Origin: Candidatus Zhuqueibacterota bacterium
GTDB lineage: Bacteria > Zhuqueibacterota > Zhuqueibacteria > Thermofontimicrobiales > Thermofontimicrobiaceae
Assembly (NCBI GenBank): GCA_049322915.1
Contig: JBMOPW010000035.1
Span: 1 to 64,000 of the forward strand
Length of the DNA stretch: 64,000 nucleotides
Direction: 5' to 3'
Shown here: positions 39,454-48,931 of the stretch, one piece after another
Numbering within the stretch: the first letter of the stretch is position 1
Layout: each line of letters begins with the position of its first letter
Program-made: the position numbers and the translations under genes
The notes under the pieces: generated by a model
Told to the model about the DNA's origin: nothing
The model's database searches: none
What the model saw: the letters and a program-made list of their open reading frames with translations, nothing else

Positions 39454-40454
39454 ACCATGCAAAAATCAATATCATCGTGTGCACGTACAATCGCGCGAAC
39501 ATGCTCCGCAACGCATTGACCAGCCTCAGCAATCAGGTCACCGACCGGTTGTTTCAGTACGATATTCTGGTCGTGGATGACAATTCGACGGACGACACGC
39601 CAGCCGTGGTGCGCCGGTTCATTCCCACCTCGAAGGCGCCGGTGACGTACATTCACGGCAGCGGCGAGGGAATTGCCCGCGCGCGCAATCGCGGCATCGA
39701 TGCGTCGGACGGCGACTATGTGGTCTTTTTCGACGATGATCAGATCGCTGAGCCGGACTGGTTGAAAGAAATGTTCATCACCATGCAGGAGACAGGGGCG
39801 TGCTGCGTTGGCGGGATTCGGCTTCTGAATTTATCGCGCGGGGAAGTGTCCCGGCTATCGCCCATCACGCGACGCATTCTGGGTGAAATCCATCACGGCG
39901 ATGCGGCGCGCAAGAGTCGACGCAAGGAATTTCCCGCCGCCGGCAATATGTTGATCAGGCGTTCTGTATTTAATATTGTTGGCAACTTTGACGATTCATT
40001 AGTGAAAGGCGGTGAAGACATTGAATTCGCGCGACAGGTTCGCCTGGCCGGACTCGACGCCTGGTACACGCCCAAATCGATTGTCTACCATGAAACGCCG
40101 CTCTACCGCACGAAGAGCGATTATCTGTACTGGACCTCGCTGCGCAACGGCGATAATTTCGCGTATCGCGATTACCTGGAATGGGGACTGCCCCGCACGG
40201 TGCTGGCCAACGCGCTGCGCTGGGGTCAGGTGGCGTTCATCAATTTGCCGCTTTTCCTGTGGGCGTGGTTTCAGAATAATGAAAAAGAACAGATCGGCCG
40301 AAAATGCCTGCTGCTACGCGCCAGGGCCTATTCGTACCAGACGTTGCATCTGCTTTCTCCGAAATTATTTCGATTCAAAAAATTCTTCGAACAGTTGGAG
40401 TTCCGCAAGGAACGCGAGACATTTGCCACTAACGCTATTCCGGAAAATGCCTGA
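39450..40454 (+). CDS. GT2 glycosyltransferase
   Basis: IVCTYNR, VDDNSTD, ARNRG, FFDDDQ, GGED. Confidence 0.92.
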   Translation: MNHAKINIIVCTYNRANMLRNALTSLSNQVTDRLFQYDILVVDDNSTDDTPAVVRRFIPTSKAPVTYIHGSGEGIARARNRGIDASDGDYVVFFDDDQIAEPDWLKEMFITMQETGACCVGGIRLLNLSRGEVSRLSPITRRILGEIHHGDAARKSRRKEFPAAGNMLIRRSVFNIVGNFDDSLVKGGEDIEFARQVRLAGLDAWYTPKSIVYHETPLYRTKSDYLYWTSLRNGDNFAYRDYLEWGLPRTVLANALRWGQVAFINLPLFLWAWFQNNEKEQIGRKCLLLRARAYSYQTLHLLSPKLFRFKKFFEQLEFRKERETFATNAIPENA

Positions 40455-41640
40455 TATTTTGAAAATTGCGCACATACATAACTGGCACCGCTTCGGCGGC
40501 GGCTCGGAAATCGTCGTGGAAACCACGGTCAGGCTTCTGCAGGCCAGAGGTCACCAGGTCATCCAGCGGACGTTCGATAGCCGCCAGTTCATGCATACCC
40601 TGCGCGGCAAGGTCAGCGCTTTCTTCAGCGGCATTTATTCCCCGGCCGGAAGAAAGAGCATCCGTCGCATGATCGCCGAATCCGCGCCGGACATCGTTCA
40701 CATCCATGAAGTGTACCCATTTTTCTCGCCCTGGATTTTGAAAGACCTAAACCGCGCCGGCATTCCGGTGGTGATGACATGCCATGATTATCGCCTGACC
40801 TGCCCGATTTCCACCCATTTTCGAAACGGCGAAACCTGCACCCTGTGCCGCGACAAAAACGAATGGCAGTGCCTGCTCAACAATTGCCGAAACAATGTCT
40901 TCGAGAGCGCGGCCTTTGCCCTGCGCAGCGTCACGGCGCGCGCATTGCGCCTGTTCACCGACAACGTCACCTGCTACACCACGCCATCGCAATTTGTGAA
41001 GGACTGGCTCGTTCAGTCCGGTTTTCCGGCAGAGCGAATTTTTGTCCTGCCCAATGTGAACCCGGTACAGCATCCGGAGCCGAAGACGGACATGGGCTGC
41101 TACATCGGTTATGTGGGCCGAATCAGCGGCGAAAAAGGGATCGGCACGCTCCTCGACGCCGCGCGAACAACGGGCAGAACGGTGCGATTGGCCGGCGATT
41201 ATTCCGCCATGCCCGAACTTGTGCGCACCGCGCCGGCGAATGTGGAATTTATCGGAAAACTGAATCGGGACCAGTTGGCTGAATTTTACCGCCACGCGCA
41301 ATTCGTGGTGGTGCCCAGCACCTGTCTGGAAACTTTTGGCCTGGTCGCGTTAGAGGCCATGAGCTACGGGCTGCCGGTCGTGGCGTCCCGAACCGGGGGA
41401 TTGCAGGAAATTATCGATGATGGTCGCAGTGGATTTTTATTCGAAAAAGGCAATGCAGCGGAATTGGCCGACATCATGAAGCGTCTCTGGGGGAATTCGG
41501 AACTGATCAAACAGATGGGACAGGTCGGCCGGGAACGCGCCATTCGCGAGTACAACGAAGACACGTATTATTCACGATTGAACCGGATCTACACCGAAGC
41601 AATGACTCTCTCAGAAAATAACGGACATCCCCATGCATGA
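40447..41640 (+). CDS. GT4 glycosyltransferase
   Basis: GGGSE, HDYRLTCP, VGRISGEKG, ETFGLVALEAMSYGLPVV. Real start is MPDILK at 40447. Confidence 0.92.
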   Translation: MPDILKIAHIHNWHRFGGGSEIVVETTVRLLQARGHQVIQRTFDSRQFMHTLRGKVSAFFSGIYSPAGRKSIRRMIAESAPDIVHIHEVYPFFSPWILKDLNRAGIPVVMTCHDYRLTCPISTHFRNGETCTLCRDKNEWQCLLNNCRNNVFESAAFALRSVTARALRLFTDNVTCYTTPSQFVKDWLVQSGFPAERIFVLPNVNPVQHPEPKTDMGCYIGYVGRISGEKGIGTLLDAARTTGRTVRLAGDYSAMPELVRTAPANVEFIGKLNRDQLAEFYRHAQFVVVPSTCLETFGLVALEAMSYGLPVVASRTGGLQEIIDDGRSGFLFEKGNAAELADIMKRLWGNSELIKQMGQVGRERAIREYNEDTYYSRLNRIYTEAMTLSENNGHPHA

Positions 41641-42415
41641 CAACGATTTCTCTTTGAACCAGACAGCGAACGAGCCGCATGAATTCCATTTCGGAAAAAT
41701 CAAATGCAGCACCCACACCATTCCGCAGCAGATACAGGCTGTGCGGCAGCTACTGCATGACAGAGCATCCCGGCCGAGAACCATACTGACGGTGAATGCG
41801 CACATTTACAATCAGCTTTACACGGATACGACATTGCAAAAAATCTTCAATGCCGCCCGAATCGTCACGGCGGACGGCATGTCCATCGTGTGGGCCGCGC
41901 GGCTATTTCATACCGGATTATTCGAACGCGCCAATGCCACCGAAGCCTTCCGCGCGTTCCTGCTGGAACAGGAGATGCCGGAAAATACCGGCGTCCTCAT
42001 CGGCTGTACCGAAGAAGAAGCAGCGGCGGCAGCCGGGACAATCGAAGCCATGTCCTCGCATTGCAGAATCACCCGGACAGTGTCCGGCTACCTGAGCGAT
42101 GAACAATACCGGGACCTATTCGCGACGATGGGCCAGGTGGATTTCATTTATCTGGGAATGGGCACGCCAAAGACCGAGCGAATCGCGGCATTGGCCAGCG
42201 CCCTGGTTCCCGACGCCATCATCTGGGGCATCGGCGGCGGCACCATCCGGATTTTCGCCGGGACCATGACAGAGGCCCCGGTGTTCTGGCGGCGCGCCGG
42301 CCTGCAATGGCTTCACCGACTTATCTCAGACCCGACTGCGCTGTGGAAGCGCTACATCATCGGGAATCCGCTTTTCCTTTACCGCGTATTCAAGGCACGA
42401 CTGCTATCGGCATGA
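41633..42415 (+). CDS. WecB/TagA/CpsF (GT26) glycosyltransferase
   Basis: TVNAH, ADGMSIVW, GMGTPK, GLQWLHRL..P..LWKRY. Confidence 0.9.
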   Translation: MHDNDFSLNQTANEPHEFHFGKIKCSTHTIPQQIQAVRQLLHDRASRPRTILTVNAHIYNQLYTDTTLQKIFNAARIVTADGMSIVWAARLFHTGLFERANATEAFRAFLLEQEMPENTGVLIGCTEEEAAAAAGTIEAMSSHCRITRTVSGYLSDEQYRDLFATMGQVDFIYLGMGTPKTERIAALASALVPDAIIWGIGGGTIRIFAGTMTEAPVFWRRAGLQWLHRLISDPTALWKRYIIGNPLFLYRVFKARLLSA

Positions 42416-42491
42416 TACGGTTTGCCGCACAGAGTTGGGTTGCACTTTTTTAAAATTCCAAAAACCAGAATTCAAATTGCATAAAAAAAAC

Positions 42492-42575
42492 GTAACGACT
42501 CAGGTGTTCACGATTTTGAAATGTAATGGAAGCCGCTGAAAGCTGATAGCTGATAGCTGAACGCTGAACGCTATC
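42492..42575. mobile_element. Relic of the GTAAC-ended MITE family with AGCTGAT heptamers
   Basis: Left end GTAACGACTCAGG is identical to that at 48722; right part agctgat agctgat agctgaa cgctgaa cgct overlaps the GT2 stop codon. Confidence 0.5.
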
Positions 42576-44139
42576 GGTTAATCTCCTGCCGTCTACGAAT
42601 GGCTTCCAGCCGCATGTAGTCTTTGGCGCTGTCGTTGCGGTCAATGGTGATCTGGTCGATGGAATGATCGGTGCCGCCGGCATGGCGCACGACTTCATAA
42701 ATCGGATCCCAGACACGGCCGATGCGGTACTGCTCGGAAATGCGAAGGACCAGATCGTAATCCTCGCCATAGTTGCGGCAGTTGTCGCTGTCGTTCATGC
42801 CAAATCCACCCAATTGCTGAATCACTTTGATGTGAGCCGAGCGCGGCGCGCCGGCGCCATTGATGCGGAGGAGATTGTTGCGGCCGTTTTCCTCAGTCCA
42901 TTCATCGTGCGTTACCACAGGTATTTCTTCCATGCGGGACAGCGCGCCGGTATGTTCATCCTTTTTCCACACCTCGTAGGAGCCAACGACCATTCCGATT
43001 CGCGCATCTGAATCGAACACCTTCAATATTTTTTCAACGGCATCCGGCTTCAGCCGATCATCCGAATCCAATTGCACATAATATTTTCCGCGCGCTTCAC
43101 GAAGTCCCTTGTTCAGACAATGGCCGAGATTGTTGATATCCTCCACGATCAATTTGACCGCCGGTTTTTTCGGATCAAATTTCTCTCCGCCGGGCAGGTA
43201 GCGCTTCACGCCCTTTATCGTGGGATCGTCCGGGCCGCCATTCACCACTACAATCACTTCCACATTGGGAACCGTCTGCGCCTGCACGCTTTCGATGGCC
43301 GTGCCGATGAACTCCTCCCGATTGAACACCGGGATGACCACGCTGGCGATACATGCTTCAAACTTCTTCTCTTCCTGAGCCGAATAGGTCACCGGATGAT
43401 AGTTCTCCCCCGGGGCCAGGCAGGCGCCAATGCGCTGCAAATGCTCTGTGACAATCTTTTCCATTTCGAGCTGCACTTCTTTTCCCGCCAGCAGATAATC
43501 GAATACATTGAAACTTTTAGCAGCCGCGTGCGCGATGTAGGTGTAGCCATTCTTCGCCGCAGCAATGTGCGCCAGCCGGAATTGCGCCGCCACCTTCAAC
43601 CGCAAATCGTACAGGAAGCCAGCTTTGAAGCGCTCGTCCAGACCACCGACCTGATGCAGCACAGTCCGGGGGAACAGCCATATCGCGCCGTAATCCATAT
43701 TGTCCCGGAGGCGGCCGGGGTGATAGTCCAGCAGGTGAATATCCTTTTCCACGCCCTTGGCATCGACGAGCCGATAGTCCGAATACACCATGCCGCAATT
43801 TTTCGTCCGCTCGGCCACGTACAGAAAAGTCTCCAGCGTGCTGAGCCGGAACGTGAGCCGCGTCTGATCGTTGTTGGCCAGCATGACATAATCTCCGCCA
43901 GCCCGCTGCAGGCCGGCGTTCAGGCTGTGGGCGCGATTGGCAAAGTCCACAGGCGCATGGATGATGTTTCTTGCCTGGAGAAATTTCGGGGCAACCGCAT
44001 GCTGCCCACGTTCATCCACAACAATCAATTCCCAATTGCTGTCATTTTGGTTTTTCAAACTCTCAATGGTTTCCGCAAATGCGTCATTGTCATAGCCGAG
44101 CTTTTCATTGTACACCATTAAAATGCTGATCTTTTTCAT
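42571..44139 (-). CDS. Tandem-domain GT2 glycosyltransferase
   Basis: ASVVIPVFNR, VQLDSDD, NYGEDYD; N-terminal degenerate GT-A domain. ATG at 44139 follows GGAG. Confidence 0.88.
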   Translation of the reverse strand: MKKISILMVYNEKLGYDNDAFAETIESLKNQNDSNWELIVVDERGQHAVAPKFLQARNIIHAPVDFANRAHSLNAGLQRAGGDYVMLANNDQTRLTFRLSTLETFLYVAERTKNCGMVYSDYRLVDAKGVEKDIHLLDYHPGRLRDNMDYGAIWLFPRTVLHQVGGLDERFKAGFLYDLRLKVAAQFRLAHIAAAKNGYTYIAHAAAKSFNVFDYLLAGKEVQLEMEKIVTEHLQRIGACLAPGENYHPVTYSAQEEKKFEACIASVVIPVFNREEFIGTAIESVQAQTVPNVEVIVVVNGGPDDPTIKGVKRYLPGGEKFDPKKPAVKLIVEDINNLGHCLNKGLREARGKYYVQLDSDDRLKPDAVEKILKVFDSDARIGMVVGSYEVWKKDEHTGALSRMEEIPVVTHDEWTEENGRNNLLRINGAGAPRSAHIKVIQQLGGFGMNDSDNCRNYGEDYDLVLRISEQYRIGRVWDPIYEVVRHAGGTDHSIDQITIDRNDSAKDYMRLEAIRRRQEINR

Positions 44140-44502
44140 GAGCCAACTCCTGTTTTGTATTGAATCTTCATTCACTTAAGTTTCGAATTCGGTCTCCCAC
44201 GTTGCGCTGAGATTCGATTCTGAAATTCATTCAGGCAGCAGTTCCGCCGCGGATCGTATCGCATTCCCCGGCGCATCATCCTTGAAATTACCGCCCTGCT
44301 TCTTTTCAAATTTTTAGCGCACTTTGGATTCGGACGCGCCACTGGAGGTTTCTTATGACCATCAGAGTAGACGCCGCGCAAAAAAAGTTTTCAAAGATAA
44401 TCGTATTTCATTAAACTTGCAAGAAAAAAATTCCCGGGGAAGGAATCGTTTTCCTGAAAGTGGTCGCCACCGACCGGCAGCCAAATATTTCAATTTTTAT
44501 CC

Positions 44503-44531
44503 TTGACATTTTACAGAAATTATCTTAATTT
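44503..44531 (+). promoter_or_regulatory. sigma70-type promoter of the tetraheme cytochrome gene
   Basis: TTGACA-N17-TAATTT. Confidence 0.6.
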
Positions 44532-44621
44532 ATGCGCCGTTGCTGAAAGTATAAGTTGGATTCTTACCTTGAAGTTCATATCTATCTTGTATACCTTACT
44601 ATCTAACAATGGAGGAAGTTT

Positions 44622-45167
44622 ATGAAAAAAGTAGTCGTCCTTCTCATGGCAGTGGCCGTTCTGGCAATGGTTGTCAGTTCATTTGCCCAGGATGCAAAAT
44701 TCAAGTACATTGGAGTTGCAAAATGTAAGATGTGCCACAAAGGCGAGAAGAAGGGCAGCATCTTCGAAAAATGGCAGCAAACAACCCACGCAAAAGCCTA
44801 TGAAACCCTGACCACCGATGCAGCGTTGGAAGTGGCGAAAAAGGCCGGCGTGAAAGGCGAACCCCAGAATGCCAAAGAATGTCTCGTGTGCCATGTGACC
44901 GGTTACGATGCGGCGAAAGAACCGACTCTGACCCTCGAAGAAGGCAACTCCTGCGAAGCCTGCCACGGCCCAGGTTCCGAGTACAAAAGCCTGAAAATCA
45001 TGAAAGGGATTTATGACGGCACGATGAAAGGCGCTGACTATGGTCTGATTGAACCGACAAAAGAAGTCTGTGTGAAATGCCATAATCCCAAAAGCCCAAC
45101 GTACAAAGAATTCAAATTCGAAGAAGCTGTGAAGAAAATTGCTCATCCGCTTCCCAAAGCTGAATAG
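44622..45167 (+). CDS. Periplasmic tetraheme cytochrome c (c554-like family)
   Basis: Signal peptide; CKMCH, CLVCH, CEACH, CVKCH; YIG..C and HGPGS.Y motifs. Confidence 0.92.
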   Translation: MKKVVVLLMAVAVLAMVVSSFAQDAKFKYIGVAKCKMCHKGEKKGSIFEKWQQTTHAKAYETLTTDAALEVAKKAGVKGEPQNAKECLVCHVTGYDAAKEPTLTLEEGNSCEACHGPGSEYKSLKIMKGIYDGTMKGADYGLIEPTKEVCVKCHNPKSPTYKEFKFEEAVKKIAHPLPKAE

Positions 45168-45189
45168 TCGACAATTTTTTTTTAAACAT

Positions 45190-45224
45190 AAAAGCCAACC
45201 CATACCGGTGTTGGCTTTTTTTTT
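45190..45224. terminator. Intrinsic terminator
   Basis: AAAAGCCAAC-loop-GTTGGCTTTTTTTT. Confidence 0.75.
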
Positions 45225-45278
45225 AAAAGTATTTATCTGTTCGAACAGAGTTCGTTCGGGAGCAAGGCCATAAAGTTG

Positions 45279-45342
45279 GGAAACCGTTAAAACGGTTTCC
45301 AACATCTTGTTTTTTCAAATTCCACCCGAATGAATCGGGGTG
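45279..45342. repeat. REP-like hairpin pair
   Basis: GGAAACCGTT-AA-AACGGTTTCC and CACCCGAATGAATCGGGGTG palindromes. Confidence 0.5.
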
Positions 45343-45450
45343 ATTTATCTGGGTAAAATCCACCGATGTTCTCTCCCCGGAATTCATGGCTCATTTTTAT
45401 AACACGCCGTCAGCCTCTCCGCGAAGCGCATTCTTTCCAACAATACTCCT

Positions 45451-48225
45451 TTATTTGTATTGGAAAATCATGGCATAAATAATCATTCCGATCAACGCAT
45501 ACCCAAACACCAGACAGCACAGGCCAAAAATGTGCGCGCCTTTAACCAGCCAGTCGGCCGGCGCTTTGCCCAATCGCTTTCTGAGCGAACCGTCCGATTT
45601 CACTATTGCATATTCGCGGGGCCGATCGTGTTTGAATTCTTCCAGCGGAATTTTACCGGTAAAAATGACCGGGTCCATGGGAAATTTCTCCGGCCGGAAA
45701 TGCGTGTTGAAGAAGTGAAATGTGAAAATGAACCCGGTCGCCAGCAATGCTTCGTCGCTGTGCACAATCGTCGCCACGTTGATCACCCAGCCGGGGATGA
45801 ATTTTGTGAAAAATTCCGGGAACCACAGGACCAGCCCGGTGAAGCCAATCATGGCCACGCCCCAGAACACCGCGAGATAATCGAATTTTTCCCAGTAGGT
45901 CCATCGCCCATATTTCGGGCGATCTTTGCCTCCGAAGAACCACTTTATCGTCTGGAAAAATTCTTTCAAATCGGTCAGCGTCGGAGCCAGGCCGGTCTCT
46001 TTATCGAACGCGAAGTTGAAGAGCGTTTTTCCGGAGCGCTTCCAGCCCCGATAGACGAAAATGAAATGCACCAAAAAGTAGAAGAATGTTAAAATCGCGC
46101 AGAACCGGTGAATCTGTCCGGCATTCTCGAATCCGCCCAACAGGTTGGCAAAAAAGACAGCCCATTGGGTGCCGGCGAATTTCAGGATCATGCCGGTCAA
46201 TGCCAGTCCGAAGAAGCTGATGATCACGATGAGATGCAGGATGCGCCACACAGGACCGAAGCGCTCGTAATAGCTTTTCGATTCAGACCGCAGCTTCTTC
46301 TGCAATTCAAACCGATAGACCAGCGACCGAGGAATCCACAGGATGGTGTGGACGCCGAAAAATAAAAACGTCCCGACCAGCAATGCTGTCATGGCCCAGA
46401 ACGTGTAGTACAGAATTGGATACTTGACGCGGTCGTGATGCGTTGCATGGGAGAGATAGCCGGTAAATTTTCGATTCGAATTGGGATGACAGGCGCGACA
46501 GGTTTCCACGACATTGGCGCGGCTCAATGTCGATTCAGGATTTTCCGGCGGCAGCACATTGTGAGCGCCGTGGCAATCAGAGCATTTGGCCGTTTTGGCC
46601 GAGCCCAATAGCGACACCTTGCCGTGATAGGTATCGAAATAGGTGCCGGTCTCTTTTTCGTGGCAGGTGCCGCATTCATCCAGAATCTGGTTTCGGAAGG
46701 AAGCATTATCGATGCGCTCCACGCGATGGGAATTGTGGCAATCATGGCAGGTGGGCAGCTTTTCATCGGTCTTTGTCACGAGCGGACTGTGAATCGATGT
46801 TTTAAATTCCTCGTAAATTCCCAGGTGACACTGTCCGCAGGTTTCGCCGATATGCGCCGGATTCACCGTCGAGGCCGAATCCGCTGCCGGCAATTCCGAA
46901 TGCGCCTTGTGACAGCTATTGCAAACCGCCGTGACCATCAAGCCGCTCTCCAGCAAGCCTTTTCCGTGAATGCTCATGGAGTAGACATTTGAAGCGTCCA
47001 CCTCGCCGGGATCCCGCCTCACAATTTCCTCGCCATCCCGATGGCAACGGCTGCACAGGGCCGGCACATTTTTCGGGAACGTCGATGAACTCAAATTCGC
47101 CTTTGGCAGGATGCCATGGTCGCCGTGGCAGTCGGCGCAGGTCGGCGCATTGGGATTCCCCGCTGCCCCGGCCATTCCGTGGCTACTCACATGATAGGCT
47201 GCGACGGCCTCAGCGTGGCAGATGGAGCAGTCCACCGGCCCGGAATCTCTGCACACCGGGTCTTTCAAATTGCTCACATTCACATGGCATTTGATGCATT
47301 CAATATTGGTCGAATGCGCGCTGCCTTTGAGCGTTTGTCTATCCACGAAGAGGGAATCGATTTTTCCATCCTTGGTCCGGACCAATCCCGGTTTGGAATG
47401 GCATCGCATGCAATATTCGTCCGTCATGGTATCTACATAGAACACGCGCCGGATTTTATGCGGGGAATGACAGTCGATGCAAGCGGGGATGACATCCGGC
47501 GACTTTTCCCAGAGTTCGCCCCGAACCACTTTCAAATGGACCTGTTCAATCAGCGCGTGGCACCGCATGCAGGTCTCGGCAATATTCTTCCGGTTGATTG
47601 AAGAACGGGAATCAGTGTGCGGCAAAATTTCGTGAGCCGTATGGCAGCTCGTGCATACCGCAGTGCCGGTCAGTCCCCGTTTGAACAGTCCCTCGCCGTG
47701 AATGGACATGGAATAATTCTGAATGATATCCTTTTCAGGAATATCATGAACTTTCACCATATCCGATCCTTCTTTATGGCAACGACCGCACATGAGCGGG
47801 ATGTTCATCACGTACGTCTGCGAGCGGGAATCCTTCGGGGATAAAATGTAATGATAGCCATGGCAGGTCAAACAGGTTGGCGCATAGGGATCGTTCCGCT
47901 CGAACGCCTGACCATGCAGACTGATTTCGTACGACTTTTGCTCGGGCTCGTGGCATTTACGGCAGTCGACTTTTTTCAACCGATCGGCGTGGGGCAGATC
48001 GTCGGGATCGACATCGTCGTGGCAGGCAATACATGCCTCCTTGCCGTGCGATGATTTTTCAAAATCGTGCTTCCTGACAAAGAGTTGCCGCACTTTGCCA
48101 TCCCGCTCCACTGTCAGCGTCGGGTCAGCATGGCAGTCCAGGCAAACCTGATTTTGATCCTGCGCAAAAACGATCAGTGGTAAAAATATCAGCGCAACCA
48201 CAAAGAGGAAAAAATTTGTTTTCAT
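45451..48225 (-). CDS. Multiheme cytochrome c (19 CxxCH) fused to a cytochrome b membrane domain, CbcL-like
   Basis: 19 CxxCH counted by hand; C-terminal TM region with [46 protein letters not shown]. Confidence 0.9.
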   Translation of the reverse strand: MKTNFFLFVVALIFLPLIVFAQDQNQVCLDCHADPTLTVERDGKVRQLFVRKHDFEKSSHGKEACIACHDDVDPDDLPHADRLKKVDCRKCHEPEQKSYEISLHGQAFERNDPYAPTCLTCHGYHYILSPKDSRSQTYVMNIPLMCGRCHKEGSDMVKVHDIPEKDIIQNYSMSIHGEGLFKRGLTGTAVCTSCHTAHEILPHTDSRSSINRKNIAETCMRCHALIEQVHLKVVRGELWEKSPDVIPACIDCHSPHKIRRVFYVDTMTDEYCMRCHSKPGLVRTKDGKIDSLFVDRQTLKGSAHSTNIECIKCHVNVSNLKDPVCRDSGPVDCSICHAEAVAAYHVSSHGMAGAAGNPNAPTCADCHGDHGILPKANLSSSTFPKNVPALCSRCHRDGEEIVRRDPGEVDASNVYSMSIHGKGLLESGLMVTAVCNSCHKAHSELPAADSASTVNPAHIGETCGQCHLGIYEEFKTSIHSPLVTKTDEKLPTCHDCHNSHRVERIDNASFRNQILDECGTCHEKETGTYFDTYHGKVSLLGSAKTAKCSDCHGAHNVLPPENPESTLSRANVVETCRACHPNSNRKFTGYLSHATHHDRVKYPILYYTFWAMTALLVGTFLFFGVHTILWIPRSLVYRFELQKKLRSESKSYYERFGPVWRILHLIVIISFFGLALTGMILKFAGTQWAVFFANLLGGFENAGQIHRFCAILTFFYFLVHFIFVYRGWKRSGKTLFNFAFDKETGLAPTLTDLKEFFQTIKWFFGGKDRPKYGRWTYWEKFDYLAVFWGVAMIGFTGLVLWFPEFFTKFIPGWVINVATIVHSDEALLATGFIFTFHFFNTHFRPEKFPMDPVIFTGKIPLEEFKHDRPREYAIVKSDGSLRKRLGKAPADWLVKGAHIFGLCCLVFGYALIGMIIYAMIFQYK

Positions 48226-48268
48226 GTGCCAAGCCTTTTGTTTGTGAGTGGGAGCGAATTCAGCCTTT

Positions 48269-48296
48269 AATATAAAAATAAATTGTTTATTGTCAA
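48269..48296 (-). promoter_or_regulatory. sigma70-type promoter of the CbcL-like gene
   Basis: TTGACA-N16-TATATT on the minus strand. Confidence 0.55.
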
Positions 48297-48600
48297 GCGA
48301 ATTTTCGGGCAGCTTATCCCATTGGAAAGCGCATTCAGAAAAATCAAAAAATCGAGCGGCTTTTTTTAGAAGAAATGGTTTGAGCCACTCACCGCTGTGA
48401 ATTCAGTCCGCTTTAAATTCTCTTGTTTTTTTGAATAATCCTTCATACATTTCGGCCGTATTACATTCGCTCACCAACCCGGAAAAGCCGTTTCCCTGGC
48501 GCAAATTCGAATGCACAGGATAGTGGAACGCTGCCTTTTTCCAATTATCTGCCATTCGAATTTTTCCATCGGCTCCGCCACCCGTAATGCGATTCAGATT

Positions 48601-48877
48601 GTAACTGCTCAGGTATGTGTTATTGCCATAAAGACACAAGGTCATGAAGTGACACGAAGATGTCTCTTTTTTTATTCGATCAGTTAATGCGCTAATCGAT
48701 AATTTTTATTAAAACCAATGTGTAACGACTCAGGTTGGCAGGTTCAGAGTTCCGGGTTCAAGGTTAGAATCTCTTCGTTTTTTACATGTTGTAAATGAAC
48801 ATTCCTTTAAAGCCTGAACCGGGAACCATTAAACCCAGAACCCGAGCAATTACAGATTCATGTGGCTGAATAGTTAC
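48601..48877. mobile_element. Nested GTAAC-ended (IS66-like) MITEs
   Basis: Outer GTAACTGCTCAG...CTGAATAGTTAC flanked by TTCAGATT and TTCAAATT (7/8 match); inner GTAACGACTCAGG (48722)...CCCGAGCAATTAC (48853) with heptamer arms. Confidence 0.7.
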
Positions 48878-48931
48878 TTCAAATTCAACTGTATTGAAAT
48901 GACTCAACTCATCCATGTTATGAGGAAAATC

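Noticed and set aside
40012..40446. N-terminal extension of the 542-aa GT4 ORF
   Set aside because: It overlaps the upstream GT2 in another frame; GT4 similarity begins at MPDILK (40447).
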